Below are positions 9,794 to 20,980 of a stretch of DNA of 64,000 bases, one piece after another; the first letter of the stretch is position 1, and the number at the start of each line of letters is the position of its first letter. A program made the position numbers and the translations under genes. Location of the stretch: NCBI GenBank assembly GCA_965198175.1, contig OZ240245.1, forward strand, positions 3,168,001 to 3,232,000, written 5' to 3'. The notes under the pieces are model-generated. The model ran no database searches, had not been told where the DNA came from, and saw only the letters and a list, made by a program, of their open reading frames with translations. This DNA comes from Candidatus Poribacteria bacterium. GTDB taxonomy: Bacteria; Poribacteria; WGA-4E; PCPOR2b.

Positions 9794-11024
9794 TCACTGG
9801 GGTGTCAGCATGGCGGCGATGTCCGCCGGCAATTTTACGCCGTGTCTCTCCTCGAAGTCCGAAACGCTTGCGTAGTCGTAATGGAATTCAGCGATGATAT
9901 CCACACCCTTGTCCCTAGCAGTATTCAAATCCTATCGGGCTTTTTCCCATTCTCTCAGCCGTAACCACACCTCTCCGCGATTATAATAAACCCCGACAAA
10001 AATAGGCTTCAGGTCTATTGCTTTGTTATAATCTTCAATGGCAAGGTCAACCTCGCCTTTGCTATAGTAGGCCACTCCGCGATTGTTATAAGCAATGGAA
10101 AGCCCCGGGGTGAGTTCTATTACTTTGTTAAAATCTACAATGGCAAGGTCATACTCGCCTTTGCTGCTGTAGGCATTGCCCCGATTGTTATAGGCTTCGA
10201 CAAGATCCGGTTTGAGTTGTATAGCCTTGTCAAAGTCTACGATGGCGCGGTCATAATCACCTTTGTTACGGTAAGCGGTACCGCGATTACTATAGGGATT
10301 AGCATAATCGGGTTGGAGTTCTATCGCCCTGTTACAGTCTTCAATGGCACGGTCATATTCGCGTAGTCCGCGATAGGCAGCCCCCGCGATTGTAATAGGC
10401 ATCGGCAAAGTTTGGTTTGAGTTGTATCACCGTGTTATAGTCTTTGATTGCATGATTAATCTCGCCTCTGTTGCGGTAAGCGTTGCCGCGATTGTTATAG
10501 GCTTGAGTAAGCTCCGGATTCAGTTGTATCGCCGTGTCGTAGTCTTCAATAGCCCGGTCATAATTTCCTTTGCTCTGGTAAGCATTTCCGCGATTGCTAT
10601 AGGCATCGGCACAATCGGGTTTCAATTGAATCACTTTGGTAAAATCTTCCATGGCACGTTTAACATCACTTTGTTGACCGTAAGCTAGACCACGATTGTA
10701 ATAGGCTGCGGCATGATTGGACTCTAGGTCTATCGCTGCGCCAAAATCTTCAATTGCCTTTTTAGAATCGCCTTTTTCGCCGTACGTTATGCCGCGATTG
10801 TTATAGGCTTCGGCATCATTGGGGTTGAGTGTTATTGCTCTGTTACAGTCTTCAATTGCGCGGTCAACTCCGCCCAATCTGTCGGAACTAATATGGAACT
10901 TCTTATGGACCTCGGCGTCGTCCAATTCTGGAGCTACTGCTTTGATGTCGTCTCCAATATTCCTGTTAGGTCTACCCACGAAATTGTAGGCAATGCCAAC
11001 AAGTGCTGAGTTTAGTTCTGGCAT
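9794..11024 (-). pseudogene. Tetratricopeptide repeat protein, disrupted by one frameshift and one in-frame TAG
   Basis: Many 'AYNNRG..Y...G.YD.AI.D...AI.L.P' repeats; frame change in G5 run (10381-10385); TAG at 9932-9934 followed in frame by DLNTARDKGVDIIAEF...PADIAAMLTPQ*. Confidence 0.85.
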
Positions 11025-11264
11025 GGCTTTTTCTCCTTAACAATACGACCTTCCGTTGGTTTCATGATATCCTTTTGGAAAACAGATGTCAACCGAACTT
11101 TGAAGCGCAGATGAAACGCGCAACCTGTTTGACATTGGAAACGGAATGGAATTAGAGAGATTGGATTATAGAGGGCTGTTCTGGTGGTTTGCCTGTGGGA
11201 ATCTCCACCTAATCCAGCGCTTCAGACAATAGCCCCTCCCAGAGAAGGATTTGCAATATTTGAA

Positions 11265-11342
11265 CAGGCTTTTAATCTGCGTAATCCGTTAAATCCGTAA
11301 TTCAGACTGTTTTTCCCTTCCGTTCACTCAACAATCGCAATG
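11265..11342. repeat. Intergenic repeat, copy 1 (AATCTGCG..ATCCGTT.AATCCGT.ATTCAGAC family)
   Basis: Diverged direct copy at ~12176-12270; GTCTGAA/TTCAGAC half-sites at ~11221, ~11355, ~12120. Confidence 0.7.
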
Positions 11343-11420
11343 CCTCGGACAGTTGTCTGAATCGCGTGTTTGTAAGGATTCCATGTTCGATTTGATCGTC
11401 TAAGATTTGATTGAAGGGCT

Positions 11421-12025
11421 TCACTCATTAGATTCGTCTAAGAGGGTAGCTATAAGGGCGGAATCTGTTACAACGTCGCAAGCAGCACCAGACTTGTCGA
11501 TAGAGGTCGTTTCATATACACTTGCAGCTGCAATGTAAAGACCGCTAACCCGAATGAATGGTATACTAGTAGACTCTACCGCGTAACGCCAGTCCAACAG
11601 AGCATATCGGGTTTAAATACTGATTCAGCGCTATCCCAACCACTAGGCGGTAGTTCTGACGACACCTGATTACTGTATTCCTTTTCTATTGCTGCTTTGG
11701 ATTCAACAGCCAATGTTGTGTACAAGTCGTACAGATCATGAGTCATCTTTGTGTAGATTTGCTCGCTCTGTATTTTGTATTTCAGCAACAACTCAGCGCA
11801 CTGGGCACTCATGATGCAAGTAGTGGCATAGACACCGGGATAGAATCTCGTATTCTCAGTAGTCTCAAGGAATTCGTAGAGTTTTTTGGCAGACTTCAAC
11901 ATACCAGGCAATATAACGACAGATTTTCCCTGGTGAATTATTGCTTTAGTCCGCTTCTTTCTTCTACTGATCAATCGTATTCCCTTTCCTATCCAATCTA
12001 TGGTTTTGGTCTGGAAAATCATCAA
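11421..12025 (-). pseudogene. HEPN-domain-like protein, frameshifted
   Basis: 'SAQCAELLLKY...THDLYDLY' pattern; reading continues in other frames (RYALLDWRYAVE; IRVSGLYIAAASVYE). Confidence 0.5.
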
Positions 12026-12175
12026 TTACACAAATTGTAGCCGATTTACTCTAATCCGTCCTGATCGTGATTAAGGTGATCCGTCCGAATGGTCATTTGC
12101 AAATGGCAATTTCTTCGTTGTCTGAAACGCTATTGGCGCCGATTGACTAAGGGATTTCGCGGATTAAAGTTGTGC

Positions 12176-12270
12176 AACAGGCTGTCCGCTTCTAATCTGC
12201 GTCATCTGCGTCATCCGTTTAATCCGTGATTCAGACAGTTTTTTCCGTCGTTTTCTCCACAATAGCAATG
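12176..12270. repeat. Intergenic repeat, copy 2
   Basis: Similar to 11265-11342. Confidence 0.7.
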
Positions 12271-12556
12271 TCTACAAGGGTCAAGTTTTATAATGAGTAT
12301 ATCACCCAATCTGCCTCATTTTCAAGTTCAAATAAATTCACGCCCGAAACGGTTCGTTTGGAGATTTAGTGTTAGGTCGATCTGTTGAAACCGTAATCTA
12401 GCAGCAACAATTAGCTAGATACGCCAATCCAGCAACACTGATTGAAAATCCTCCCCCGTGTCGAGGCAAAGACGGTTAACAGGTGCAGATTTATTACTTT
12501 GCACTATTTTAAGGGAGAGCTACTAACTACCTTTGCAAATCCAAAAAAGAGATTCC

Positions 12557-13372
12557 TCATGAACCGGTGCTGTGATAGTGACGCATCCCGATGCGCCACA
12601 GGGCATAGCAACAAAGCAACAACGCGATAGCCACGATAGGGGCGCCGAATTGAAAGTATTTGGGCATACCGAGAAATTGGTCTTTCTCAAGCAGATGTAG
12701 GGCAGGATAGTATGTCACAAAAGCCACGGGAAGGATGAACGTCAGAAACAGTCGCACGGCGAGCGGATAGATCGAGATGGGGAACGTGGCAGCCTCTTTG
12801 CTTGCGGTGATGAGAATATCGGTGAGTTTGCCGGATTTGGTGGTCAACAGCGCAACGGTTGCACTGAGGAGCATCAGGGCAAACATGATTAAGCTACCAC
12901 TCAGAACGGTGATGATTGTGAATACCCCACGTCCAATGGTCAAACGAAGATGCGTCATGTGGAAGGCGACGCCGAAGATTGCAATACTCGTCAACAACCG
13001 TGTGACATGGTGCATTTCCACCCGGCTGGCGAGGATGTAGAACAGCGGTGGTACGGGTTTAACCAGTACAGTGTCGAGGTCCCCGCGAACGACATATCGG
13101 TCGAAATCGTCCAACTGATTCCCCAGTAATTTCATCAAAGCGAATGCTAACGTCCCTAAGCTGTATAGAAACATGACCTCGGGCAACGTCCATCCGTTCA
13201 CCGTGCGAAACTTGGCAAATAACGCCGCTAGTAAGCCGATTAGAGACGCTTCACCGGTAACGATTGCTATGCACATGAGCCCGAAGGAGAGCCGGTATTG
13301 AAGCCGAGACCGCACATAAGCACCGGCGAGAAGCAGATAAAGTTTGCTATAACGGGCGATCAGGTTGCTCAT
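12557..13372 (-). CDS. ABC-2 type transporter permease (DUF990-like)
   Basis: 'GWTLPEV', 'VVRGDLDTVLVKP', 'FPISIYP', multiple TM segments. Confidence 0.9.
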   Translation of the reverse strand: MSNLIARYSKLYLLLAGAYVRSRLQYRLSFGLMCIAIVTGEASLIGLLAALFAKFRTVNGWTLPEVMFLYSLGTLAFALMKLLGNQLDDFDRYVVRGDLDTVLVKPVPPLFYILASRVEMHHVTRLLTSIAIFGVAFHMTHLRLTIGRGVFTIITVLSGSLIMFALMLLSATVALLTTKSGKLTDILITASKEAATFPISIYPLAVRLFLTFILPVAFVTYYPALHLLEKDQFLGMPKYFQFGAPIVAIALLLCCYALWRIGMRHYHSTGS

Positions 13373-13373
13373 T

Positions 13374-14171
13374 CTATCCGCCTTGAATGACCAATTTTCG
13401 GAAGGCAGCTCGGTATCCTAATCGTCCAAGCCCGATTAACACAACTGCCCAGAACAATTGGATTAAAAGGGCACCGACCACAGCTTGTCCTGTATAGCGA
13501 CCGACATAGATTGCTGTCGGAATATAGATTATCGCTTGAAAGGGCAAAACCTCCGCGATCTTGGCTAGGAGTGTGGGATAAAGCTCCAGGGGCATAAAGT
13601 ATCCCGAAAAAAACCAGGATATCCCCCATATCACGGCGAAGTAGATGCCACGTATTTCGACGAGCCAGAAAGCGAGAATCCCGATGAGAAATTCTATTCC
13701 GAACAAGATAACGTAGCCCAGAATCACACTGACGATAAAGAATCCCACGGTCAGAATAGAGCGTGGCAGCAATAGACTCAAGCACCCATAAAACAGCAAG
13801 AATTTTGGAAGCATATTGAATAGCACCGTATGGAACGAAGTTCCTGCACCCGTGGCAAGCAGCATTAACTGAAAGTCAACCGGCTTCATCAAATCGGTTA
13901 CGACTTCGCCGGTGCGTACTTTTTCTTCAATTACATGCGCAATCCGCAATGTAAAATGAAATGTCACCAACGTTTGCGAAACAACGATGTACGTCAGAAT
14001 ACCGTTAAGGTCGTACCCTTCTACTGCGGTCTGTCCGGCGTAGAGTGCCTTCCACAGATACACATAAATCAACATGAACAGCACATTGATAAACAGCTCA
14101 ACCCATAGCTCAAATCGATAGGTCAGCGTTCTCTGAAAGGCTTTTGCAGTAAAGGCGAGATATTTGCTCAC
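13374..14171 (-). CDS. ABC-2 type transporter permease (DUF990-like)
   Basis: 'VRTGEVVTDLMKPV', 'FSGYFMPL', ends 'LVIQGG'. Confidence 0.9.
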   Translation of the reverse strand: MSKYLAFTAKAFQRTLTYRFELWVELFINVLFMLIYVYLWKALYAGQTAVEGYDLNGILTYIVVSQTLVTFHFTLRIAHVIEEKVRTGEVVTDLMKPVDFQLMLLATGAGTSFHTVLFNMLPKFLLFYGCLSLLLPRSILTVGFFIVSVILGYVILFGIEFLIGILAFWLVEIRGIYFAVIWGISWFFSGYFMPLELYPTLLAKIAEVLPFQAIIYIPTAIYVGRYTGQAVVGALLIQLFWAVVLIGLGRLGYRAAFRKLVIQGG

Positions 14172-14180
14172 GATGAGGCG

Positions 14181-15167
14181 TTAAGTTGCGATGCCGGACT
14201 GATAAATCTGTCTCACGATTCGTTCAATCTCCGGCTCGGAAATGGTTAAATCTTGAATTTCATACTGCGCCGTTAATCGCGTTATGACTTCGGACGCTGA
14301 AATGGTGTCTCGGTCAAACGCGAGCCAGATGCGATTTTCCTCGCGTCGAATCAGATCCACGCTCTCAATCTGAACCTCAGGATATGCCCGCGCGAGGTCC
14401 ACAATGAGCATCCGCGTTCTGCCGTGGCGTTGTTTCAATTCGTCAATACTGCCGTCATAGATGATTCGACCGGTGTCAATGATCATCAGGCGCTGACAAA
14501 TCTTCTCCACGTCATTGAGGTCATGGGTCGTCAGAATTACCGTCACTTGGCGTTCCGTGTTGACCTGCTCGAGAAACTGCCGAACCTGTTCTTTGGCGAC
14601 GACATCCAGACCGATGGTGGGCTCGTCCAAATAGAGAATTTCGGGGTTGTGAAGCAGCGCTGCGGTCAGATCGCATCGCATCCGCTCACCAAGGCTCAGC
14701 CTCCGCACCGGCACAGACAGCAGATGATGCAGTTGTAACAATTCGCTGAAGAACGCAAGATTCTGTTTGTATGTATGCGGAGGGATCTCGTAGATGTGCT
14801 TGAGCAACTCGAAGGAGTCAATTACGGGCAAATCCCACCAGAGTTGGGTACGCTGTCCAAACACCACGCCAATCCGTCGGGTGTACTCCAGTCGATGCTG
14901 ATATGGCGTCAATCCCATGACATCAATCTTGCCCGAGGTCGGTACGAGAATTCCCGTCAGCATTTTAATGGTTGTTGACTTCCCCGCACCGTTGGCACCG
15001 ATGTATCCCACCAACTCTCCGCGTTCCAAGGTGAAATTCACATGGTCCACTGCCTGAATTGTGCGGTGCGTCCGCGAAAACAGACCGCCTAGACTCCGCC
15101 AAAATCCGGTACGGCGTTCGTGGACCTTGAAATGTTTGCTGAGGTGTTCAACTGTGATGATGGGCAT
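14181..15167 (-). CDS. ABC transporter ATP-binding protein
   Basis: GANGAGKST, VVFGQRTQLWWDLP, LSLGERM, LDEPT. Confidence 0.95.
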   Translation of the reverse strand: MPIITVEHLSKHFKVHERRTGFWRSLGGLFSRTHRTIQAVDHVNFTLERGELVGYIGANGAGKSTTIKMLTGILVPTSGKIDVMGLTPYQHRLEYTRRIGVVFGQRTQLWWDLPVIDSFELLKHIYEIPPHTYKQNLAFFSELLQLHHLLSVPVRRLSLGERMRCDLTAALLHNPEILYLDEPTIGLDVVAKEQVRQFLEQVNTERQVTVILTTHDLNDVEKICQRLMIIDTGRIIYDGSIDELKQRHGRTRMLIVDLARAYPEVQIESVDLIRREENRIWLAFDRDTISASEVITRLTAQYEIQDLTISEPEIERIVRQIYQSGIAT

Positions 15168-15294
15168 GTTCGCGGGTGGCAGGCAGAAACTCAATACGTA
15201 GGTTTTACTGCTAGCGGAAGGATATGAACGCTTTGCGTTACTTTAGGGCAGCACCAGACCTACCGTTACGATAGTGCGCTGAAGAAGGGGGATA

Positions 15295-16026
15295 TCAATG
15301 TCCACCTACCGTACCAATCTCGATTTCAATCTCGTCTCGATTTCGGATACGTTCAATCATGCCGTCGCGAATGTGGACAATTCGGTCAGAAACGTCGAGC
15401 ATTTTTGCGTCGTGCGTCGCCGAAATCACCGTCACCTTTTGCCGAACGTTGAGTTCTTTAATCAGATTGATAATTTCACGCCCTGTGGTCATATCGAGAT
15501 TCGCGGTAGGTTCGTCCGCCAGAATAATGGTGGGATCATTCGCCAGCGCCCTCGCGATCGCGACGCGTTGGCATTGCCCCCCCGACAACTCATCCGGTCT
15601 GTGAAGGGTCCGATCTCCCAATCCAACCATCTTGAGGAGTTCCGAACCTTTGTCATTCCGTTCGCTCACTGACAATCCCGCGAAAATCATCGGCAAGGTC
15701 ACGTTTTCAAGCGCGGTCATTACATACAGCAGGTTATAGTTTTGAAAGATGTATCCTACACGATGGCACCGGAACCAAGCAATTTGTGACATACTCAGTT
15801 GCGACATATTTTGGCGATCGATGTAGATATTGCCACCCGTCGGGTGATCCAAGGCGCCAATCATATTGAAAAGCGTGGACTTCCCCGATCCAGACGGTCC
15901 CATCAGCGAAATGTACTCACCTCGCACGATTTCGAGATTCACTCCGTTAAGCGCCTTCACCACATTACTACTACCCATGCGGTACTCCTTGACGACCTCT
16001 TCAGCTCTTACAACAATGTCTGCCAT
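15295..16026 (-). CDS. ABC transporter ATP-binding protein (LolD/MacB-like)
   Basis: GPSGSGKST, LSGGQCQR, ILADEPT. Confidence 0.95.
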   Translation of the reverse strand: MADIVVRAEEVVKEYRMGSSNVVKALNGVNLEIVRGEYISLMGPSGSGKSTLFNMIGALDHPTGGNIYIDRQNMSQLSMSQIAWFRCHRVGYIFQNYNLLYVMTALENVTLPMIFAGLSVSERNDKGSELLKMVGLGDRTLHRPDELSGGQCQRVAIARALANDPTIILADEPTANLDMTTGREIINLIKELNVRQKVTVISATHDAKMLDVSDRIVHIRDGMIERIRNRDEIEIEIGTVGGH

Positions 16027-16041
16027 GGATACCCCCCCTTT

Positions 16042-16773
16042 TTAGACCTCAGTCCGCATCGCTTCAGCAGGAGGCAGTTTCGCTGCACGCCATGCCGGAA
16101 ATGCTGCGCCGATGACCGCCAATATCATGCCGAGCACGCAGCCACCAAGAATAATTAGTAGAACGCCGTATCTTACAGAACCATCGTCGCCAACCGCCGG
16201 AAAAAATGGAAAATAAAAGAATACATCCAACCCGAAGTCTTTGAGATTCAGTAGAATCGATCCAATGCAACCTATCAAAGCCCCGACAACTGCGCCCGCT
16301 AATCCTTGGAATCCCGATTCTAACAAAAATAACCTAACGACGAAACGATCTAATGCACCGAGACACTTCATGGTGCCAATTTCTCGGAAACGCTCTGTGA
16401 CTGCCATCAGCATTGAGTTCGCAATCCCCACCACGCAGACAATTAAGGACATCAGGATCAGCCATCTATCTTTGATGGAGATTCCGCCGGTCGACTCCTC
16501 TTCCTCAAAACTAGTAATCTGGTCGGTACGACCGCTTGCTTTCATCGCCTCGCCAATTTCGCTATTTGCCCAGACTGACACGAGAAAAGCGATGCCCAGC
16601 GTAATGCCCGCGGTCGTGATAATCGATCTCCAAAAACGGATCATCAGACTCTGAAAACTGATACGCACCGATTCTACGAATGGGAGTTCAATCTGCTGTC
16701 CAATCTGACCTTGTTCGTGTTGTGCCAAACTATTTCCCTCCTGATTCTTGAGTTCTCGCCGCCATTTTATCAC
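16042..16773 (-). CDS. FtsX-like permease with very short extracytoplasmic loop
   Basis: 'GIANSMLMAVTERFREIGTMKCLGA', 'PAWRAAKLPPAEAMR'; start uncertain. Confidence 0.85.
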   Translation of the reverse strand: MIKWRRELKNQEGNSLAQHEQGQIGQQIELPFVESVRISFQSLMIRFWRSIITTAGITLGIAFLVSVWANSEIGEAMKASGRTDQITSFEEEESTGGISIKDRWLILMSLIVCVVGIANSMLMAVTERFREIGTMKCLGALDRFVVRLFLLESGFQGLAGAVVGALIGCIGSILLNLKDFGLDVFFYFPFFPAVGDDGSVRYGVLLIILGGCVLGMILAVIGAAFPAWRAAKLPPAEAMRTEV

Positions 16774-16911
16774 GTCAAGAAAATAAAGTCAAGCCTTACA
16801 TTCTATTTCCGCCAAACCCCGGTGTCGAAGTAAAGTCAATTGGGCTTGGCACTCAACGCCGGTGGGAATGTCTCTAAAATCTCTAATGGCAGTGGTGCAT
16901 TTACAATTCCG

Positions 16912-18447
16912 TCACCGTCTCCAGAAACTGCGATCCAAGCTCCGGTACTGAATTGCCTCTGAAGTGTGCTCTGCTTCGATAGTGGGGCTTTCTGCGAGAT
17001 CTGCAATCGTGCGAGCCACCTTCAGTACGCGATCGTAGGCACGAGCGCTGAGTCCAAGCTGAGTGATTGCCACGCGCAGCAGTTCTTCTGCATCGGGCTG
17101 CATTCGACAGTATTCGCGGATATGCCGCGTTTCCATATTGGCATTACAGAAAATCTTAGTGTCCGCAAATCGATCATGTTGCATACCCCGCGCAGCCTGC
17201 ACCCGTGTGCGGATGGTTGTGGAGGCTTCCCCTGTAAAGTCGCCGGAAAGATCTTTGTATTTGACCGCAGGCACCTCAACTTGCAGATCTATTCTGTCCA
17301 ACAATGGGCCAGAGATTCGGGAGACGTAGCTCTGGATCTGTGTCGGCGTACATCGGCAGTTCCGGGTAGGATCCCCGAAGAATCCGCAGGGGCACGGGTT
17401 CATCGAAGCCACGAGCATGAAATTGGCGGGATAGGTGTAGGAAGCAGCCGCCCGGGAGATTGTCACTTGTAGGTCCTCAAGCGGTTGGCGCATAGCTTCG
17501 AGTACATTTTTGCGGAATTCAGGGAGCTCGTCGAGAAAGAGTACGCCGTTATGCGAAAGGCTCACTTCCCCGGGGCGAGGATACCTGCCGCCACCGATCA
17601 GCCCTGCGTCGGAAATCGTATGATGCGGCGATCGACAAGGGCGCGTTGCGATTAACGAAACATCACCGTGGAGCATGCCCACGATACTATGAATCTTCGT
17701 CGTTTCAAGCGCCTCTTCAAGGGTCATATCCGGTAGAATCGTCGGAATCCGTCTGGCGACCATCGTTTTGCCAGAGCCAGGCGGACCAATCATAATTAGG
17801 TTGTGTCCGCCCGCTGTTGCAACCTCAATTGCCCGTTTGACATGCTCCTGACCTTTGACATCTGAAAAATCGATCGTATACTCAGCGAACTGGTCAATTG
17901 CCTCCTGAATATCGTACTGAAAAGGCTGGATGGTTTGCTCTGAATTCAGGAAATCGACCGCTTCTCGCAGAGATTCTACAGGATAAATATCCAATCCATC
18001 AACAATCGCCGCTTCCTTGGCATTGGATTTCGGCAGGATTACTCCCTTGCACTGATTCTCCTTGGCTGCAACTGCAACCGGCAGACACCCGTGTACCGAC
18101 CTGACGCTTCCATCAAGCGCTAACTCTCCCAGCATCAGTGTATGCTCAAAGCAATCTGTCCGCACCTGACCAGTCGCCGCAACGACGCCGACAGCTATCG
18201 GGAGGTCGAACGCCGACCCCTCTTTCCGCACATCAGCGGGTGCGAGATTTGCGGTTATTCGGCTGCTTGGGAAATAGAACCCCGAATTCTTAATCGCAGC
18301 GGTAACCCGTTCTCGGCTTTCCTTGACAGCGTTGTCTGGAAGCCCCACTGTGGCGAACGCGGGCAGACCGTCGGAGATGTCAATCTCCACTTTCACGATA
18401 TACGCATCAATCCCCATCAGTGCACTACTCAGAACCCTAGCAAGCAT
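16912..18447 (-). CDS. comM: YifB/ComM Mg-chelatase-like AAA+ ATPase
   Basis: 'VGLPDNAVKESRERV', GPPGSGKT, 'SPHHTIS', 'LFLDELPEF', 'NPCPCG'. Confidence 0.95.
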   Translation of the reverse strand: MLARVLSSALMGIDAYIVKVEIDISDGLPAFATVGLPDNAVKESRERVTAAIKNSGFYFPSSRITANLAPADVRKEGSAFDLPIAVGVVAATGQVRTDCFEHTLMLGELALDGSVRSVHGCLPVAVAAKENQCKGVILPKSNAKEAAIVDGLDIYPVESLREAVDFLNSEQTIQPFQYDIQEAIDQFAEYTIDFSDVKGQEHVKRAIEVATAGGHNLIMIGPPGSGKTMVARRIPTILPDMTLEEALETTKIHSIVGMLHGDVSLIATRPCRSPHHTISDAGLIGGGRYPRPGEVSLSHNGVLFLDELPEFRKNVLEAMRQPLEDLQVTISRAAASYTYPANFMLVASMNPCPCGFFGDPTRNCRCTPTQIQSYVSRISGPLLDRIDLQVEVPAVKYKDLSGDFTGEASTTIRTRVQAARGMQHDRFADTKIFCNANMETRHIREYCRMQPDAEELLRVAITQLGLSARAYDRVLKVARTIADLAESPTIEAEHTSEAIQYRSLDRSFWRR

Positions 18448-18610
18448 ATGGCTGTCCTTAATCTATTATTCAGCGCGACTCTGAATGAGTGAAAACTTAT
18501 CAATGCTATACTATAGCACAGCTTTCCGTAGAAAGCAATCCCAATCATGTTTGAATCTCAATGTCTCATGAACTGGGTCAATCGGAACGTTGCACAGCCT
18601 AGCAGTATAA

Positions 18611-18638
18611 TTGACAGTTTGCATGACACCCGTATAAT
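18611..18638 (+). promoter_or_regulatory. Consensus sigma70 promoter for the rpsF operon
   Basis: TTGACA-16 nt-TATAAT. Confidence 0.75.
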
Positions 18639-18892
18639 AAATGCAGCTTCTCGTAAGGGGAGTTATGCGGGATGGGAGTCTGACGCTTTTCAATTGTGTT
18701 TTGGACGCCACGCACATTTTCTTGTCACATCCACGAGAAAATTCAGTTGATAAAGGATAGAGAATTATGATATAATTCATTATCTTTGCTCCATAATTTA
18801 TCTTATTCATTTCAATCAGGGTCAGCTGTGTTGTATACGAAGATACCGTGTTGATATGGAGCCATAAGTCCACAAAGGGAGGCATAAAAAGA

Positions 18893-19255
18893 TTGCGTCA
18901 ATACGAAACGATTTTTATTGTTAATCCAAATCTCGAAGAAGCCGAGACAAACAACGTCATCGAAGGAGTCAAAACGACCATTGAAGCCAGCGGCGGCAAG
19001 GTTTTAAGAACAGATTTATGGGGCAAGCGGAGACTTGCCTATCCGATTAAGCGCCACAACGATGGCTACTATGCGTTATACGTTTTTGAGAGCGATCCTG
19101 AATTTGTAGGTCAACTTAATACCTACTATCGGATCGCAGAGCCAATTATTAAGTATATGGTTGTGAGTTTTGAAGGTGAGGTCAGTGAAAGTACAGATGA
19201 TGTCACAATATCACGGGGCGCTAAAAACTCAGATGAAGCTGAAAAAGACTTCTGA
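18893..19255 (+). CDS. rpsF: 30S ribosomal protein S6
   Basis: 'RQYETIFIVNP', 'WGKRRLAYPI'; TTG start after GGGAGG. Confidence 0.97.
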   Translation: MRQYETIFIVNPNLEEAETNNVIEGVKTTIEASGGKVLRTDLWGKRRLAYPIKRHNDGYYALYVFESDPEFVGQLNTYYRIAEPIIKYMVVSFEGEVSESTDDVTISRGAKNSDEAEKDF

Positions 19256-19312
19256 TGTAAGCCGTGCTTGATACGTTTTATGAGATCGGCTCAGACTGAA
19301 GGAGACAATATC

Positions 19313-19735
19313 ATGGCAAGTTACAACAGGGTTATCCTGATGGGAAATCTTACGCGTGATCCCGAGTTGAAGTACCTTCCGAGTGGCACAGCAGTTGCTA
19401 GATTGGGATTGGCTGTGAATCGCACTTATACAGACCGTCAGTCCGGCGAAAAAAAAGAGGAAGTTTGCTTTATTGACCTCAACGCTTTCGCTAAAACTGC
19501 CGAAACCATGAACGAATATCTTCAAAAAGGTAGTCCAGTGCTTGTTGAGGGACGCCTTAGATACCAAACATGGGAAACGGATGACGGACAGAGACGGAAT
19601 AAACACGATGTCGTTGTTGATCGGTTTGAATTTGTGGGTAGCCGTCAAGGTGGTCAGGACTCGCTCCGGGATGAGGGGGCGGGATACTCCGGTGCTGGTG
19701 AAGCATCACCTACAGAGGATGACATCCCGTTCTAA
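19313..19735 (+). CDS. ssb: Single-stranded DNA-binding protein
   Basis: 'NRVILMGNLTRDPEL', C-terminal DDIPF. Confidence 0.98.
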   Translation: MASYNRVILMGNLTRDPELKYLPSGTAVARLGLAVNRTYTDRQSGEKKEEVCFIDLNAFAKTAETMNEYLQKGSPVLVEGRLRYQTWETDDGQRRNKHDVVVDRFEFVGSRQGGQDSLRDEGAGYSGAGEASPTEDDIPF

Positions 19736-19943
19736 CAACTCACTTTGGAAAAATTCCCGGATATCACCGAAAAAGCGGGCGAAGTTCATGCCCGCTTTTT
19801 CCACGTCTATCATGCACCAGATTGATTGAGCCAGCGGGCTTCGCGGAATTCCACGACACAGAGTCCAGTGTCAGAAACTATGAAGGAAGGAGACGCGGTT
19901 TCCTCTGCCGCTGAAAACGGAGAGGCTTCGCCGTGGATGCTTT

Positions 19944-20180
19944 ATGGAAAATGGTCCTCGCCGGACATTTTCGGTTCGCCGGAAACGGTGCCGGCTATGT
20001 GCGGAAAAGCTTAAATCCATTGATTACAAAAATGTTACGCTGCTGAGAAATTTTATAACAGAGCGAGGGAAAATCATCCCTCGACGCGTTGTCGGCAACT
20101 GTGCAAAACATCAAAGGCAGGTAAACCGAGCAATTAAGCGGGCTCGTAATATTGCGCTTGTACCTTTCACACGACAGTAA
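19944..20180 (+). CDS. rpsR: 30S ribosomal protein S18 (Zn-binding C+ form)
   Basis: CRLC, IDYKN, '[17 protein letters not shown]','AIKRAR'. Confidence 0.97.
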   Translation: MENGPRRTFSVRRKRCRLCAEKLKSIDYKNVTLLRNFITERGKIIPRRVVGNCAKHQRQVNRAIKRARNIALVPFTRQ

Positions 20181-20386
20181 GCCGTTGTCGGAGATTCCCT
20201 GGAGATGAAATCTACATCCTCGTTTTGTCCTGCTTGAGAAGTCTGCTTCGCCCGAAGGGCGACGCGTCATACAGGATGTATTCGTCTAGGTATTGCTCAT
20301 AATGCGATATGCAGCACAGTTGATGAAAGCTGAGTATCAATCTTGAATGACACAGAATAACAAGCTCAACCGAGGTAGGAATTGCT

Positions 20387-20833
20387 ATGGAGATTATTCT
20401 AAGAAAAACCGTTGAAGGGGTCGGAAATGAGGGGTCCGTTTTAAAAGTTGCTGACGGCTACGCACGCAACTATCTGATTCCAAAGCAACTTGCGGTTTTC
20501 GCAACAGAGAAGAATCGGCGTCTGCTAGAACATGAGCGACGTGTTTTGGCCGTTCAGCATATCAAAGGGAAGCGAGAAGCCGAAATACTCGCAACCCGAA
20601 TCGCAGATACGACATGTACAATTCAGAGACGGGCGGGCGAAAGCGATCGGCTCTTTGGATCTGTGACTACCATGGATCTTTCCGAGGCGCTTTCTGCGCA
20701 ATCAATTGAAATCGATCGCCGTCAGATTGAATTAGATGCGCCCATAAGAGATCTTGGCGTTTTCATGGTGTCGATCCGCCTTCATGCAGATGTCGTCGCT
20801 AACCTTCAAGTTTTCGTTGTTCGTGAAGCATAG
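20387..20833 (+). CDS. rplI: 50S ribosomal protein L9
   Basis: 'VADGYARNYLIP', 'LFGSVT'. Confidence 0.98.
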   Translation: MEIILRKTVEGVGNEGSVLKVADGYARNYLIPKQLAVFATEKNRRLLEHERRVLAVQHIKGKREAEILATRIADTTCTIQRRAGESDRLFGSVTTMDLSEALSAQSIEIDRRQIELDAPIRDLGVFMVSIRLHADVVANLQVFVVREA

Positions 20834-20980
20834 TTTGCGAACTGTGCAAAGATAAAATCCTGACTCTCGCCGTAGGTTTATGACGTTAATCAGTTTCTCC
20901 GATGCCTCGCTGATAGCGTTTCGACATGATTCCGATTAAAGTCGGACGTTCAAATCAAGCCTTAATTTTTCTTTTGAGCC

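Noticed and set aside
18511..18885. 124-aa minus-strand ORF and the many antisense/overlapping ORFs in the track
   Set aside because: No motifs or RBS; they overlap promoters or are shadows of well-supported genes
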